A stretch of 64,000 nucleotides of DNA from Dictyostelium discoideum (taxonomy: Eukaryota). Positions 1 to 13,101 of the stretch are shown piece by piece (position 1 is the stretch's first letter; each line of letters opens with the position of its first letter). The stretch covers positions 2,112,001 to 2,176,000 of the forward strand of contig CM000150.2 of NCBI GenBank assembly GCA_000004695.1, given 5' to 3'. The position numbers and the translations under genes are program-made. The notes beneath the pieces are model-generated. The model was not told the DNA's origin. It did no database searches and saw nothing but the letters and a program-made list of their open reading frames with translations.

Positions 1-649
1 TATTATTATTGACTGGTATATTATTTAATGATTTCTTTATTGGTGTTGATTTTGAATTTGAAATTTTCTTTTTTTTTATTACTTTTTTATCATCAATATC
101 ACTTGCATCACTTGCATCTTCTTCATCTTCTTCTTCATCACCTCCACCACTACCCTCTTCATCACCTTCTTCATATTCATCACCTTCTCCATCCTCATAA
201 TCACCTTCTCCATCATCTTCATTATATTCTTCTTTACTATTATTTGAATTAACTTCATCTCCTATATCTACATCTTCTGATTCATCTTTATTATTATTAC
301 TATTATTATTACTACTACTACTATTATCATCAGATTGATCTGTATTTCTTTTTGTTGGTGTTAATGTTGAAGCAGGACGTTTTAATGATAATTTTACTTT
401 AATTGAAGCAGGTGGTGGTTGTGATGGTGGATTCTTACCACTTGCTTTTGATATTGGTTTTGATTTTGTTTTTGCTACTTTTTTTTTATTTGATGAATCT
501 GAATCTGATGCTTCATTATCATATAAATCATCAGTTGTAGTATTTGTTTCTTCCTCTTGTTCACCATCGCTTTCACTATTTTCACTTCCTGAAAAAAAAT
601 TCTTATTTATTGGTTTTCTACTCCTTTTTCCATTAAGTGTATTAACCAT
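1..649 (-). CDS. 5' partial CDS of an acidic, Lys/Ser/Asn-rich low-complexity protein. The ATG is at 649..647 on the minus strand and the ORF runs off the window start. The N-terminus reads MVNTLNGKRSRKPINKNFFSGSENSESDGEQEEE...
   Basis: Hand translation of the minus strand from the ATG at 649 stays open to position 1 with Dictyostelium-like codon usage. It encodes acidic D/E blocks and KKK runs. It is not in the ORF track, probably because it is truncated at the window edge. Confidence 0.4.
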   Translation of the reverse strand, partial: MVNTLNGKRSRKPINKNFFSGSENSESDGEQEEETNTTTDDLYDNEASDSDSSNKKKVAKTKSKPISKASGKNPPSQPPPASIKVKLSLKRPASTLTPTKRNTDQSDDNSSSSNNNSNNNKDESEDVDIGDEVNSNNSKEEYNEDDGEGDYEDGEGDEYEEGDEEGSGGGDEEEDEEDASDASDIDDKKVIKKKKISNSKSTPIKKSLNNIPVNNN

Positions 650-696
650 TTTATATATTGTTTTAAAAATATGTATATATGTATTTGTTTGGTTTA

Positions 697-735
<39 letters not shown>

Positions 736-1024
736 AAAAAATGAAAAAATAAATAAAAAAAAAAATAAAAATAAAAGTAAAAAATTTCAAAAAATTCCAA
801 AATAAAAAAAAAAAAACAAAAATTACAAAAACAAATAACTGCTGATTTAAATAATTTGATAAAATAATAAATGTTTTAAAATTTATTTGAACTAATTATA
901 TATTTTTTTTTTTTTCATTTTTTTGTAAGTGAGATATGGATTTTTTTTTTTTTTCGGATATTTTTTGGATATTTTTTTTTTTTTTTTTTTTTGGAAAGAC
1001 TTGGAAAAAAAAGACTAAATTAAT

Positions 1025-4020
1025 TTATTTTCTTCCACCTTTACCTTTACCTTTTTTACCTTTACCTTTGTTGTTATTATTATTGTTGTTTGGTTTTTTT
1101 GGTTGGTTAGCGTTGGTGGTAGTTTGTTCAGTGGTAGTATTAGAGGCTTCATCGACTTCTTCACCTTCTTCGGTTTCTTCTTTGTTTTCAGTTTCAGTTG
1201 GTTTAGCTTGTTCAGTGGTTGATTCTTCTACTTTGGTTTCTTCTTGGACTGGTTCTTCAACTTTGGTTTCTTCTTGAACTGGTTCTTCAACTTTAGTTTC
1301 TTCTTGGACTGGTTCTTCAACTTTAGTTTCTTCTTGAACTGGTTCTTCAACTTTAGTTTCTTCTTGGACTGGTTCTTCAACTTTGATTTCTTCTTGAACT
1401 GGTTCTTCAACTTTAGTTTCTTCTTGGACTGGTTCTTCAACTTTAGTTTCTTCGGCAGCTTTTTCAGCGGCGGCTTCAGCTTCTAATCTTTCTTTTTCGG
1501 CTTGTGCAGCGGCGGCAGCTTCAGCTTCTAATCTTTCTTTTTCGGCTTGGGCAGCAGCGGCTTCAGCTTCTAATCTTTCTTTTTCTAAACGTTCAGTTTC
1601 TTCTTTTTCTAATCTTTCTTTTTCGGCTTGGGCAGCGGCGGCAGCTTCAGCTTCTAATCTTTCTTTTTCAGCTTGAGCAGCGGCAGCTTCAGCTTCTAAT
1701 TTTTCTTTTTCAGCTTGAGCGGCAGCGGCGGCTTCAGCTTCTAATCTTTCTTTTTCAGCTTGAGCAGCGGCGGCTTCAGCTTCTAATTTTTCTTTTTCTA
1801 AACGTTCAGCTTCTTCTTTTTCTAATCTTTCTTTTTCGGCTTGAGCAGCAGCTTCAGCTTCAGCTTCTAATTTTTCTTTTTCAGCTTGAGCAGCAGCAGC
1901 AGCTTCAGCTTCTAATCTTTCTTTTTCGGCTTGTGCAGCAGCGGCGGCTTCAGCTTCTAATCTTTCTTTTTCAGCTTGAGCAGCGGCGGCTTCAGCTTCT
2001 AATTTTTCTTTTTCTAAACGTTCAGCTTCTTCTTTTTCAGCTTGAGCAGCAGCGGCGGCTTCAGCTTCTAATCTTTCTTTTTCGGCTTGAGCAGCAGCGG
2101 CGGCTTCAGCTTCTAATCTTTCTTTTTCAGCTTGAGCAGCGGCGGCAGCTTCGGCTTCTAATCTTTCTTTTTCGGCTTGGGCAGCAGCGGCAGCTTCAGC
2201 TTCTAATTTTTCTTTTTCAGCTTGAGCAGCGGCGGCAGCTTCGGCTTCTAATTTCTCTTTTTCTAAACGTTCAGTTTCTTCTTTTTCTAATCTTTCTTTT
2301 TCAGCTTGAGCGGCAGCGGCGGCTTCAGCTTCTAATCTTTCTTTTTCAGCTTGAGTAGCAGCGGCGGCTTCAGCTTCTAATTTTTCTTTTTCTAAACGAT
2401 CAGCTTCTTCTTTTTCTAATCTTTCTTTTTCAGCTTGAACGGCAGCGGCGGCTTCAGCTTCTAATCTTTCTTTTTCAGCTTGGGCGGCAGCGGCGGCTTC
2501 AGCTTCTAATCTTTCTTTTTCAGCTTGAGCAGCAGCGGCGGCTTCAGCTTCTAATCTTTCTTTTTCTAATTTATCTGCTTCTTCTTTTTCTAAACGTTCT
2601 TTTTCAGCTTGAGCGGCTGCTGCTGCTTCTTGTTGTTGTTTTTCTAAATTTTCTTGAGCTTCCTTTTCATCTTTAATTCTCTTTTCTTCAGCTTCTTTGG
2701 CAACTCTTTCAGCCTCTTCCTTTTCTAAACGCTCTTTTTCTAATTTTGCTGCTGCTTCTTCTTTTTCTAAACGTTCTTTTTCTTCTTTTTCTTTTGAATC
2801 ATCAACAACTGGTTCTGGTTTTGATTCTTCAACAACTGGTTTTGATTCTTCGACTACTGGTTTTGATTCTTCGACAACTGGTTTTGATTCTTCAACAACT
2901 GGTTTTGATTCTTCAACAACTGGTGAAGAAGTAGTTGTAGTAGTTGTAGTTGTTGTAGAAGTAGTAGTAGTGTTAATATTTGATGATGGTGATTCATTTT
3001 TAGCATTTTCAATTCTTTCTTTAATCCATTCTAAAATATAAGTAACAAATTCTTCTTTAGCAAATTCATTATGAACTTCATGATACATATTTTCCCAAAG
3101 TTTTAAAGTTTTATCGACAGTTGATGGAACACGATCATAGAATTGTTGTGAAGCTTTTGGACAAGTGATTTTATCATCATTAGCGTGAACCAATAATAAT
3201 GGAGTATCAAATTGTGGTGCTAAATCAATGAGTTGTTCAGAACGTTGTAACATCCATTTAGCCATACCCAATGAGATTTTATTGTGAACCAATTTATCTT
3301 GTTTATATTCGTTTACGACTGCAGAATCTTTAGAGATTAAAGTTGGATCGATTGAATTGCTGATGGTCCATGATGGCATGAGACCACCCAATAAATTACC
3401 CATACTAAGTTTGACACCTGATACTTTGATTGCTGGTTTAATCAATGGTGATGTAACGATACAACCTGCTGGATGGTGATCTTTCTTCTTTAAATTGTAA
3501 TGAAGTGCTAAACAACCACCAAAACTATGACCATAGATAAAATGTGGTACATCGGTTTCAGCTGTTGATGCAATTAATTGAATATCTTTTAATGATTGTT
3601 CGAGTGATGGTGAATGACCTCTAACACCACTTGAAATACCATGACCTCTTTGATCGAATGCATTTACTTTAATACCTTGTTCTGCAAATCTACTAAAAAC
3701 ATGTTCATAACGACCACTATGTTCACCTAAACCATGAATCTAAATAATAAAAAGTTTTTTATTAAAATTAAGTTACACATAAATTTTTTTTTTTTTTTTT
3801 TTTTTTTTTCCCTCTTAATTTTTTTTTTTTTTTTTTTTCCCACGAATCTCAAAAATAAAAAAAAAAAAAAAAAATAATGAAAAAGAAGGGGTGAAGGGGT
3901 TTATTATTGGTTTTAAAAAACTTACCATGGTAACTGTGGCAATTGGTTTAACTTTTGGCTATGAAATATAAAAATAAATTATTAAGAAAATTAATATCCA
4001 TGCATTATTATTTGAATTTG

Positions 4021-4070
<50 letters not shown>

Positions 4071-4145
4071 ATTACTTACAGTCCATGTTCTAAGTGATAA
4101 AGTTTCTTTATCAGATGTTAATAAATTACTAACTGATGATGTCAT
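1025..4145 (-). CDS. Monoacylglycerol-lipase-like alpha/beta hydrolase fused to a very long low-complexity coiled-coil/repeat tail. Three exons: join(1025..3739, 3926..3958, 4080..4145), minus strand.
   Basis: Exon 1 encodes MTSSVSNLLTSDKETLSLRTWT and ends at a GTAAGT donor. A 33-nt micro-exon encodes PKVKPIATVTM. Exon 3 begins IHGLGEHSGRYEHV.. with the HGxGEH oxyanion motif and the GHSFGG nucleophile elbow, then ..LLVHANDDKITCP..MYHEV (Asp and His of the triad). After the hydrolase domain come a poly-T/S linker, about seven PVVEESK repeats, more than 25 tandem 15-aa AEKERLEAEAAAAAQ repeats (45-bp DNA repeat), seven VEEPVQEETK repeats and a KGKGKKGKGKGGRK tail. The six-frame track shows only 1025..3445 because an alternative start was counted. 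Confidence 0.75.
1456..2700. repeat. About 45-bp tandem repeat array with more than 25 copies of gcttcagcttctaatctttctttttcggcttgagcagcggcggc. It is coding on the minus strand inside the hydrolase gene. Flanking arrays are a 30-bp repeat at 1240..1440 and a 21-bp repeat at 2810..2930.
   Basis: Periodicity is directly visible in the sequence. On the minus strand it translates to AEKERLEAEAAAAAQ units. Confidence 0.9.
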
Positions 4146-4938
4146 TTTAATTTATTATTTTCAATATATGTGTTTTATTTATTTTCTTTCTTTTTTTATT
4201 TTTTTTATATTTAATTTCTTTATTCTTTTTTTATGAAAAACACACACAAATTAATCTTATCTCTTTTTTTTCAGAATATTTTTTTATTTGAAAAGTTAAA
4301 AAAAAAAAAAAAATTAAATTAAAAAGGGAACTAAACTTGTAAGAGACAATTTTAATAAAATAAAAAAAATAAAAAAAAAAAATAAAAAAAAAAAAAAATT
4401 ATTGACGAAAATAAAAAAATAAAAAAAAATTAAAAAAAATTAATTTTTTTTTTTGGCGAAAGTTATTTCAAATAAATAGTTTTTGGATCAAAATAAATAT
4501 ATATTTTAATTCCAAAAAAAATAAAAAAAAATAAAAAAAATAAAAATAAAAATAAAAAAAAAAAAATATTGATTTCTTGGTTTCATTAACGACCTTTTTA
4601 TATTTTCAATTAAATCTCATTCTATTTCAATACCAAACACACATTTTATTTAAAATCTAAAATAATCGAAGTAATATGTTAAAATAAAAAAAAAATAAAA
4701 AAATATTTTAATTAAAAAAAAAAAAAGTAATAATAATAATAATTTTCCTAATAATTATTCATTATAATTTATTCCATATAAATTATCAAGTTCAAATAAC
4801 TTAAAATTCCAGAATATAGATTTTATTTTTTTTTTTTTTATTTTTTTTTTTTTTTTTCTTTTTTTTTTTTTATTTTTTTTATTTTATTTTTTTTTTTTTT
4901 TTATTTTTAAAACTTTTAATCAAAAAATAAAAATAAAA

Positions 4939-4992
4939 ATGGCAGATATTGAAGATTATGGTATTTTTTTTAAATTAATTAAAAAAGATTCA

Positions 4993-5049
<57 letters not shown>

Positions 5050-6255
5050 GTATTTTTTAAAGTTTGGAGAAATGTTGTATTAAAATTAAATATATTAGGA
5101 AAATTAAGATTATTAAAGGAAAATTATAAAAAGTCATTCTCAAGTTTTAGTGAATTGGATAATTATATATATAAGGATTATATTTCAATTATTTATTTAA
5201 GTGAAAATAAAAATTCAATAAATCTAAGTAAATTACCACACTCAATTACAAAATTACACTTTAAATATGATTTTAATAAACCAATTATTTCAATCTCAAA
5301 TAAAGCAACAAATTTAACAACAATAATCTTTGGTGAATCTTTTAATAATTCATTATGTAATTTACCATTATCTTTAACAAATTTAAAATTTGGTAATAAT
5401 TTTAATCAACCTATAGGAAATAGTAATATTAATAGTAAATTATTACCAGATTCAATTAAAACACTTGAATTTGGTGATGATTTCAATCAACCATTATCAT
5501 CATCATCATCACCATCATCCTCTTTAATTTATTTACCATCATCTTTAACATTTTTAAAATTTGGTAATAAATTCAATCAAAGATTAAATATTGGTGACTT
5601 TTTATTATTACCACCAACAATAGTTCATTTGGAATTTGGTAATCAATTTTACAATGGTCATGAAACAAATACATCAATTGACTTTAATCAAAATTTTATA
5701 CCAAATAGTGTTACATCAATTGTTGTTGGTGATTTTTTCAATAATAGTTTTCAACATGATCTTGATGGTGGTGATGGTGGTGGTGGTATTGAATCACTAT
5801 ATAAAAATAAAAATATAACTTCATTTAGTTATTGTCCAAATTTTAATAAACCAATAACACCAAATTCAATTCCTGAAACAACAATATTTTTAAAATTCTC
5901 TGCAAGATTTAATCAAATAATTAAATATGGTGATATTCCAAATAGAGTAAAATATATTACGTTTGGAAATGATTTCAATTTACCATTAATTAGAAATGAT
6001 GATAGTAATAATAATAATATTAGTGTATTACCACCATCAATAACTGATATTGAATTTGGTAAATATTATAATCAACCATTTCAACGTGGTTTAATTGGTG
6101 AAAATGTAAAATCAATTAAGTTTGGTCAAAACTTTAATAAACTATTAAAACCAGGTGATATTCCAAGTTCTGTAACATCTTTAAAATTTAACTCTTTTCA
6201 TAGACAATCAAGTCATGTAATTCCATCCACTGTTACCTCATTAATATATGAATAA
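4939..6255 (+). CDS. FNIP-repeat protein, 438 aa, single exon.
   Basis: Multiple about 22-aa repeats of the form L(P)xS(I/L)xxLxFGxxFNQP(I/L), matching the Dictyostelium FNIP repeat. There is an N-terminal poly-Asn run. The N-terminus (FFKVWRNVVLKLNI) is similar to the second FNIP gene at 50449..52638. Confidence 0.7.
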
Positions 6256-6380
6256 ACACTGATATTTAAAAAAAGTATATTTTTTTTTTTTTTTTTATTA
6301 ATTATACATAAAAAAACATATTATTATTATATTATATTATATTATTTATTATTATAAATTTGGAATTATATTTTACTAGA

Positions 6381-6442
6381 TTATCTCCATGAATCACTTT
6401 GGTAACTTGAGCTGTTGTTGTTATTTTTAGCACCAATACCCC

Positions 6443-6482
<40 letters not shown>

Positions 6483-7262
6483 AATTTTAAAAGAAAAATT
6501 AGTATTTTATAAAGTAATAATAATAATAATTTATAATTTATAATTATTATAATAATAATAATAACTTACTTTAGCTCTCATTTCATCTCTACGTCTATCA
6601 GTGATTGGAGTACGAGAAACCAAACGTTCAGTTTCATCATCTTGAATGTTATGATAGTGTTTATCTTTCTTTCTTCTACAACAACAACAACAAAGGCAAA
6701 TAAAGAAGAAGACAATAATTAAGAAGGCACCACCAGCAGCAATTAAAATTGCCCAACGACCTTGAATTTTACATTGCATCCACATGAAATCTTTACAGGC
6801 ACCATTGATATTTAATGGTTTAGTACCATAGAATGTACCTTCAGTGCAAATACCTTCTGATCCACACCAAACACATCCTTTATCTTCTCTACAATCACCA
6901 CATGAAGTGTATTCACCACAACCAGTGTTATCTGTTGAATTACTTACACCACTGCTACTTCCATTAATACTACTTGTGAGTGAGTATTGATGATCAATTT
7001 CTGAACTATTTACAACTGTTTTTTTTTTAAAATAAAAATAAAAATAAAAATATTTATTAGTAAAAAAAGGATACAGAGGTTTTTTTTTTTTTTTTTTTGT
7101 TTTGTTTTGTGTTGTCGTTTTTTTTTTTTTTTTTTTTTTTTTAGTTTTTGTTTTATTTTTTTTATTTTTAGTTTTTTTTTATTTTTTATTTTTAAATAAT
7201 AAAAACATACAGGTTAAAAAAACAGTTAAACATAAAAAGAAACCAATAATGAATTTATTCAT
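6381..7262 (-). CDS. Small type I membrane protein with a signal peptide and a PSI (plexin/semaphorin/integrin)-like Cys-rich domain. Three exons: join(6381..6443, 6560..7015, 7211..7262), minus strand.
   Basis: Exon 1 encodes MNKFIIGFFLCLTVFLT and ends at a GTATGT donor. Exon 2 encodes ..GCGEYTSCGDCREDKGCVWCGSEGICTEG.. (PSI pattern CxxxxSCxxCxxxxxCxWC), then the TM segment WAILIAAGGAFLIIVFFFICLCCCCC, then a basic tail ending ..DEMRAK at a GTAAGT donor. Exon 3 encodes WGIGAKNNNNSSSYQSDSWR and a stop. Phases are consistent (1/0). The track shows only 6531..6785. Confidence 0.5.
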
Positions 7263-7745
7263 TTTTGTTTTATATTTGTTATAAATAAAAATTTAAATGG
7301 GAAAAAAAAAAAATAAAAATTAAAAAAAAATTAAAAATTAAAAATTAAAAAATAAAAAAGTTTTTATGTGGTTGGAAAAAATAAAAAATAAAAAAAATTA
7401 AATAAAAAATAAAAAATAAAAAAAAAAAAAAAAATAAAAAAACAGAAAAAAAGTCTTTTTTTTGAGATATTTATTTTCCTCAAAAAAATAGGTAAAAGAA
7501 ATTTAATTAGTTTTTTGTTTTTTTTTTTAAATAATTATTACTATTAAATTCCTAAAATTTAAAATATTGATATTCTTAATACTCAAAAAAATAAAAAAAA
7601 TAAAAAAAAATAAAAAAAAAATAATAAAACAATTTATTTAAATAAAGCTAGTAAATTTTCCTACTTATTTCATTTTTTTAAATTTCACCCAAACATTATT
7701 TTTTTTTTTTTTTCAAAACGTCATCACACACCACACACCCACAAT

Positions 7746-7793
<48 letters not shown>

Positions 7794-7908
7794 TTTATTT
7801 TTTTTTTTTTTTTGATTGGAAAAAAAAAAGATACCCAAAACCATAATTATGTTTGAGGCTATATCTATTAAGATTTTTATCTCTTTAAAAAATAGGTTTA
7901 TTTTTTTC

Positions 7909-7945
<37 letters not shown>

Positions 7946-8273
7946 AAAAATTTAATACTCAAAAAACCAAAAAACTCAAAAATTGAATGGTTTGGTGAAA
8001 ATCCAAACTGATTATTATTATCATAAGGTTACATTCCCAAAAAAATTTATAACAATTTTTCTAGTTTTCAAAATTATATATATCTTCAAAAAATAAAAAA
8101 ATAAAAAAATAAAAGTTTTTATTATTTATTTGTATAAAATGAGTTTAAAAAAAAAAAAATAAAATAAAAAAAAAATTAAAGAAAATAATAATAATAATAG
8201 TAATAATAATAATTACCCCATCCGACTGATGAGATCAAATAGATATAGATAATTTCGATCACTAAATTTTTCC

Positions 8274-8322
<49 letters not shown>

Positions 8323-8421
8323 AAGAATATAAATAGAATTAAAACCAAGTTTTTTTTTCTTATAATTATTTTTTTTTTTATTGTTATTGCTATTTTTTTT
8401 TTTTTAATAAATAAGATATGT

Positions 8422-8465
<44 letters not shown>

Positions 8466-8473
8466 GTTAATTG

Positions 8474-9175
8474 TTATAATTTTACATTTGAACCTTGATT
8501 AACATCATTTGAGATACCAAAAAACAATTGTTCTGAAGCAGTTACAATGGCGGATAATCCATTCAATTGATCTTCATTTGATAATTTCCTTTTAAAAGAA
8601 CCAATTCCTACATTGGTCATCCTAGAGTTTTGATATGCTGGTGATGGTACATACTCTGAAATATTATAGTTATTATAACTACTATAGTAATTGTAACCAT
8701 TATTTTCAGTGGAATCCTTTGATGATGATAATTTATCAATATTATTATTATTATTATAATTATTTATGTTAAATGTTGGTGGGAAACCTTCTAATGCTGT
8801 ATTATTATTATTATTATTATTAATTAACTTATCATTATGATTTATTGATTGAAGATTTGGTGAGAGATTAGTTGGAGTATTAGTGGCAGATGAAAAATTT
8901 AGTGATTCTGATGATATTGTTGGTGATGTGGTTGTGGTTGTAGTAGTAGTAGTAGTAGTTGTTGAAGGTATTGGTGGAGAAGATGAAGATAATAGTGATG
9001 ATAAGAATGAAGATGATGAAGATGATGATTGTGATGAAAAAGAAGATGGTCTTGATAATGGTAAAGAATCATCTTGTTGTGAATTTGATTGTGATGAAAA
9101 TGAAGATGGTCTTGATAATGGTAAATGATCATCTTTTTGTTGTTGTTGTTGTATTATTTGTTGTTGTTGTATTAT

Positions 9176-9213
<38 letters not shown>

Positions 9214-10457
9214 GATTTGAAGATTCATTTAATAACATATTAATAGAGATATTTTTTTCTTTAACAGCCAATGCTTTCTCTTTACTAACTATATTTGCAA
9301 ATCTAATACCACAAGCATTACATAACGATTTACAACCATCGGGACCTCTACGCCATTGTGATGTTTGAGTTTCACCACATGAATGACAATATAATGAATC
9401 TAAAAATGGTGCAGGTGCTCTTGGTCTTCTTTTTCTTTTATTATTAGAAACACCATCTTCACTTATAATTTTTATTGATGTTGATGCTGTTGATATTGAT
9501 GTTTGTTGTGGTATATTATTATTATTATTATTAGTGGTGGTAGTAGTAGTATTTGATGGTGATGGTGGTATAGTAGTAGTTGTAGCAGTAGTAGAAGTAT
9601 TAGTAGTGGTTGGAGTAGTTTGTTGTAATAAATTAACTTTTTGACTGATTTGTTGATTAATTTGTTGTAATTCATTCAATTGTTGTTGATAGTATTGTTG
9701 TTGTAATTGTTGTAATTTCATTTGTTGTTCATCATATATATCAGTGGTAGTATTGGTTGAAGCAGTAGCACTACCTTTACTAGTTTGTTGCTTTTTATAT
9801 GATTTACAATTATTATTATTATTATTATTATTGCTATTATTATTTATAGTATTAATATTACTACTTAAAATACTAAAAAAATTATTACCACTTGTAGGTG
9901 GTGGTGGTTGTTGTGATTGTTGTGGTGGTGATATTATTATTGGTTGAGTATTATTTTCAAAAATTTTTGAAATATTTATAGTTTTTGAAAATTGTAATAA
10001 AGATTTTAATGATTCTTTATTTGATGGATCTGTTATAATTTGTTGAAATTCTGATTTTGTATTATTATTATTATTATTAATTGGTGGTTCATTTAAAAAC
10101 CTATATAAATAACTTTGATTTGAATATTGCGTCGTAAAATTTTCAATCATTAAAAATATCATTAATGATTTTTCAAATATACCTGATAAATCATAGCTAC
10201 TTGATGATATATCACTTAAAATTAATGATGATGATGAATTAACTTCATAACTATATTGTTGAATCTATAAAATAATAAATAAAAATAATAAAACGAATTA
10301 ATTAAAAATAAAAATAAAAAAAAAAAAAAAAAAATTTTAAAAAAAAAAAAATAAAATAAAATAAAATAAAAATTACTTTTTTCCAAATTAATTTATAATT
10401 TGGATTACTACATATTGAATTTGATGGAATGTATTTCAATGCCTCTTGAAATTCCAT
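8474..10457 (-). CDS. GATA-type zinc-finger transcription factor. Two exons: join(8474..10264, 10377..10457), minus strand.
   Basis: A single GATA finger is present: CHSCGETQTSQWRRGPDGCKSLCNACGIRFANI (C-x2-C-x17-C-x2-C plus a basic tail). There are long polyQ/polyN/polyT tracts. The upstream 27-codon exon (MEFQEALKYIPSNSICSNPNYKLIWKK) ends at a GTAATT donor, and a tatag acceptor joins it in frame to IQQYSYEV..., which runs into the track ORF 8474..10162. Confidence 0.7.
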
Positions 10458-10534
10458 CTTATCTTTATTTTTTTTATTTTATTTTGTGAAAGTAGTGCAA
10501 AAAAAAAAAGAGGAAAAAAAAATAAAAAATAAAA

Positions 10535-10573
<39 letters not shown>

Positions 10574-10676
10574 ATTTTTATTTTTTTTTTATTTTATTTT
10601 ATTTTTTATTTTTTATTTTTTTTTTTTTTAATTAAATTAATTAAAATATTTAGCCAAGGGCTCCTTTTTTCGAGAC

Positions 10677-10710
<34 letters not shown>

Positions 10711-11064
10711 TATAAATATTTCCCAGCTATTTTTCTTTTTTGAGCTTAAGAATTTTAAAAAAAAAAAAATTTTAAAGAAAACAAAAAAATCGTGTGATTT
10801 TTAATTTTCCCATGGGTGTCAAAAAATAATAACAATAAGTTTGGATATTTATTAAAAAAAATAATTGAGATAATAATCCATATCTATTATTATAAAAAAA
10901 AAAAAAATAAAATAAAATAAAAAATAAAATAAGTCCATAAGGTATATATCTTTTTTTTTATTTTGGGCAATTTTATAACAAATTCTTTTTTTTTTTTTTT
11001 TTTTTTTTTTTTGGGATTATAGAAATAAAAAAAAAAAAAAATTTATTATAAAAAATTTATTATA

Positions 11065-11099
<35 letters not shown>

Positions 11100-11317
11100 T
11101 ATAATCATTTTATATATATTTATAAATTAATAATAATAATAATATTATTATTATCATAATTATTATATTATTTTTTTTTATATTTTTTTCATTTTTTTTA
11201 TTTTATTTTTTTTTTTTTTTTTCAAAAACCAAAAATTTTTTTTTTTTTTTTTTTTTTTTTTATAAAAAAATTATTTTTAAACTCAAATCACACACACAAA
11301 TACATATAAATAAAACC

Positions 11318-12574
11318 ATGGTTATTAAAGATTTATCACCACACAATAATTCGTTAAGAAAGAAATATTTAGATTTAATAGATTATGGTAATAAAAATCC
11401 TTTAACAGTTGATCCAAATTTATACCAATTAAGAAAAACCATATTATTAGAAGGTTTACCACCCGAAACCGAAGAAGAAATAGAAGATAGAACCAAACAA
11501 GATGGTTCAAAATGTAGTTTAAGAGGTATGATTTGGAAAATATTATTAGGTGTTGATAAAATACAACCTGATAAATATATAGAATTAATTGAAAAAGGTC
11601 CTTCAAATAGGGTATGTTTATTATTATTTTATTGTTATACTATTGTGTATATACACATACACACACTTATTATTATTATTATTATTATTATAGTATCAAA
11701 AGATTAGAAAAGATATTGGTAGAACATTTAATAGGGATTCACAATTTAGTCAAGCAGTATCACAAGATCAATTATCAAGATGTTTAAATGCATTTGCACA
11801 TCAATGTGAAGAATTAGGATATGTTCAAGGAATGAATGCAATTTGTGGTACATTTTTATATGTTTTACCAGAGGTTGAGGCTTTTCAATGTTTTTATTCA
11901 CTATTAACTCAATGTTGTCCAAACTATTTCACATCAAATATATCTGGTGTAAATGATGCTTCAAAATTATTAGATAGAATTTTAGAATTTGTTGATCCAG
12001 AATTATATGAATATTTACAAAATAGAAGTTATCATCCACTTTTATTTACACCACGTATGTTATTATTAATTATTATTAATTATTAAATATTTTTTATTAT
12101 ATATATTAATTTTAATTTTAATTTTTAGCAATATTAAGTTTAGGTACAGCAACACCACCATTAGATGAATTATTAAAATTATGGGATTTCTTTTTAGCAT
12201 TTGGATTTCATTTAAATGTAATTTGTACAATTTCTCAAATTTTATTAATGAGAGATGTATTATTAGTACATCAATCACCTTGTTTATTATTTAGATCATT
12301 TCCAGAATTAGATGCACCAACTATTATAAATTTATCAATACACATTATTCGTCAATTACCTGATGATATCTATGATCTATTAGTTGATCATCCAATGACA
12401 AGTGTAGATTTAACGCCATTTGATAGAGATCCAAATAATTTAAATAGTTTCAATGGTAGTGGAGAGTTTGATAATGATAATGATAATGACAATGGTAATC
12501 AGGATGAAGAAGATGATGATGATGATGATATTGACGATGGCCATAATGATTATTTTAATGACAATGATGAATAA
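11318..12574 (+). CDS. TBC-domain Rab GTPase-activating protein. Three exons: join(11318..11611, 11694..12054, 12129..12574).
   Basis: TBC signature motifs are present: RGMIWKILLG (RxxxW), YQKIRKDIGRTF (IxxDxxR arginine finger) and YVQGMNAICG (YxQ glutamine finger). The ..LKLWDFFLAFGFHLNVI.. helix follows. Introns have GTATGT donors and poly-AT tracts ending TAG, and phases 0/1 are consistent. The C-terminus is acidic (DNDNDNGNQDEEDDDDD). Confidence 0.75.
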
Positions 12575-12706
12575 TATCAATATAAATAAATAAAATAAAA
12601 TAAAATATATATAAATTGTAATAATATAGAGACAAAGGTAAAAAAATAAAAAATAAAAAAAATAAAATTGTATTATATAATTTATTATTTTGGTGATTTT
12701 ATTTTA

Positions 12707-13061
12707 TTAAATATCATTTTCAGTATTGTTGTTATTATTATCAGAAGTATCAATTACATCAGTAATGAAAACAGTATTACCAGATGATTCAACTTTTTCT
12801 TTAAATGAATGAATATCAACTACTAATTTTAAGTCAACTTCACCACCACCTAAAAATACAGGTACACCTCTTGGTAAATCCATAATATGTTTTGAGATAA
12901 TGATTGGAATTTTAACAGTTGTACCAATTGGACAAACTGCATTATATTCAAATCCAGTTAATGATTCTGCTGATTGTGCTAATGTAAAATGAAATTTCTT
13001 TGCACTTTCATTACTATTCATATTTTTTATAAATTTAAAAATTTTATGACTTTGAATTCTA

Positions 13062-13101
<40 letters not shown>

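Noticed and set aside
1244-2358. Plus-strand ORFs 1244..1486 and 1504..2358 (LQLLIFLFQLEQ... repeats)
   Set aside because: They are antisense translations of the 30-bp and 45-bp coding repeats of the minus-strand hydrolase gene. They have the same periodicity, a Leu/Phe/Gln composition typical of reverse-strand AT-rich repeats, and no independent start context.
8883-9947. Plus-strand ORFs 8883..9128, 8959..9243 and 9744..9947 inside the GATA gene
   Set aside because: They are antisense to the minus-strand GATA factor CDS and consist of poly-V/poly-L/D-E low-complexity runs from (TTG)n/(GTT)n repeats.
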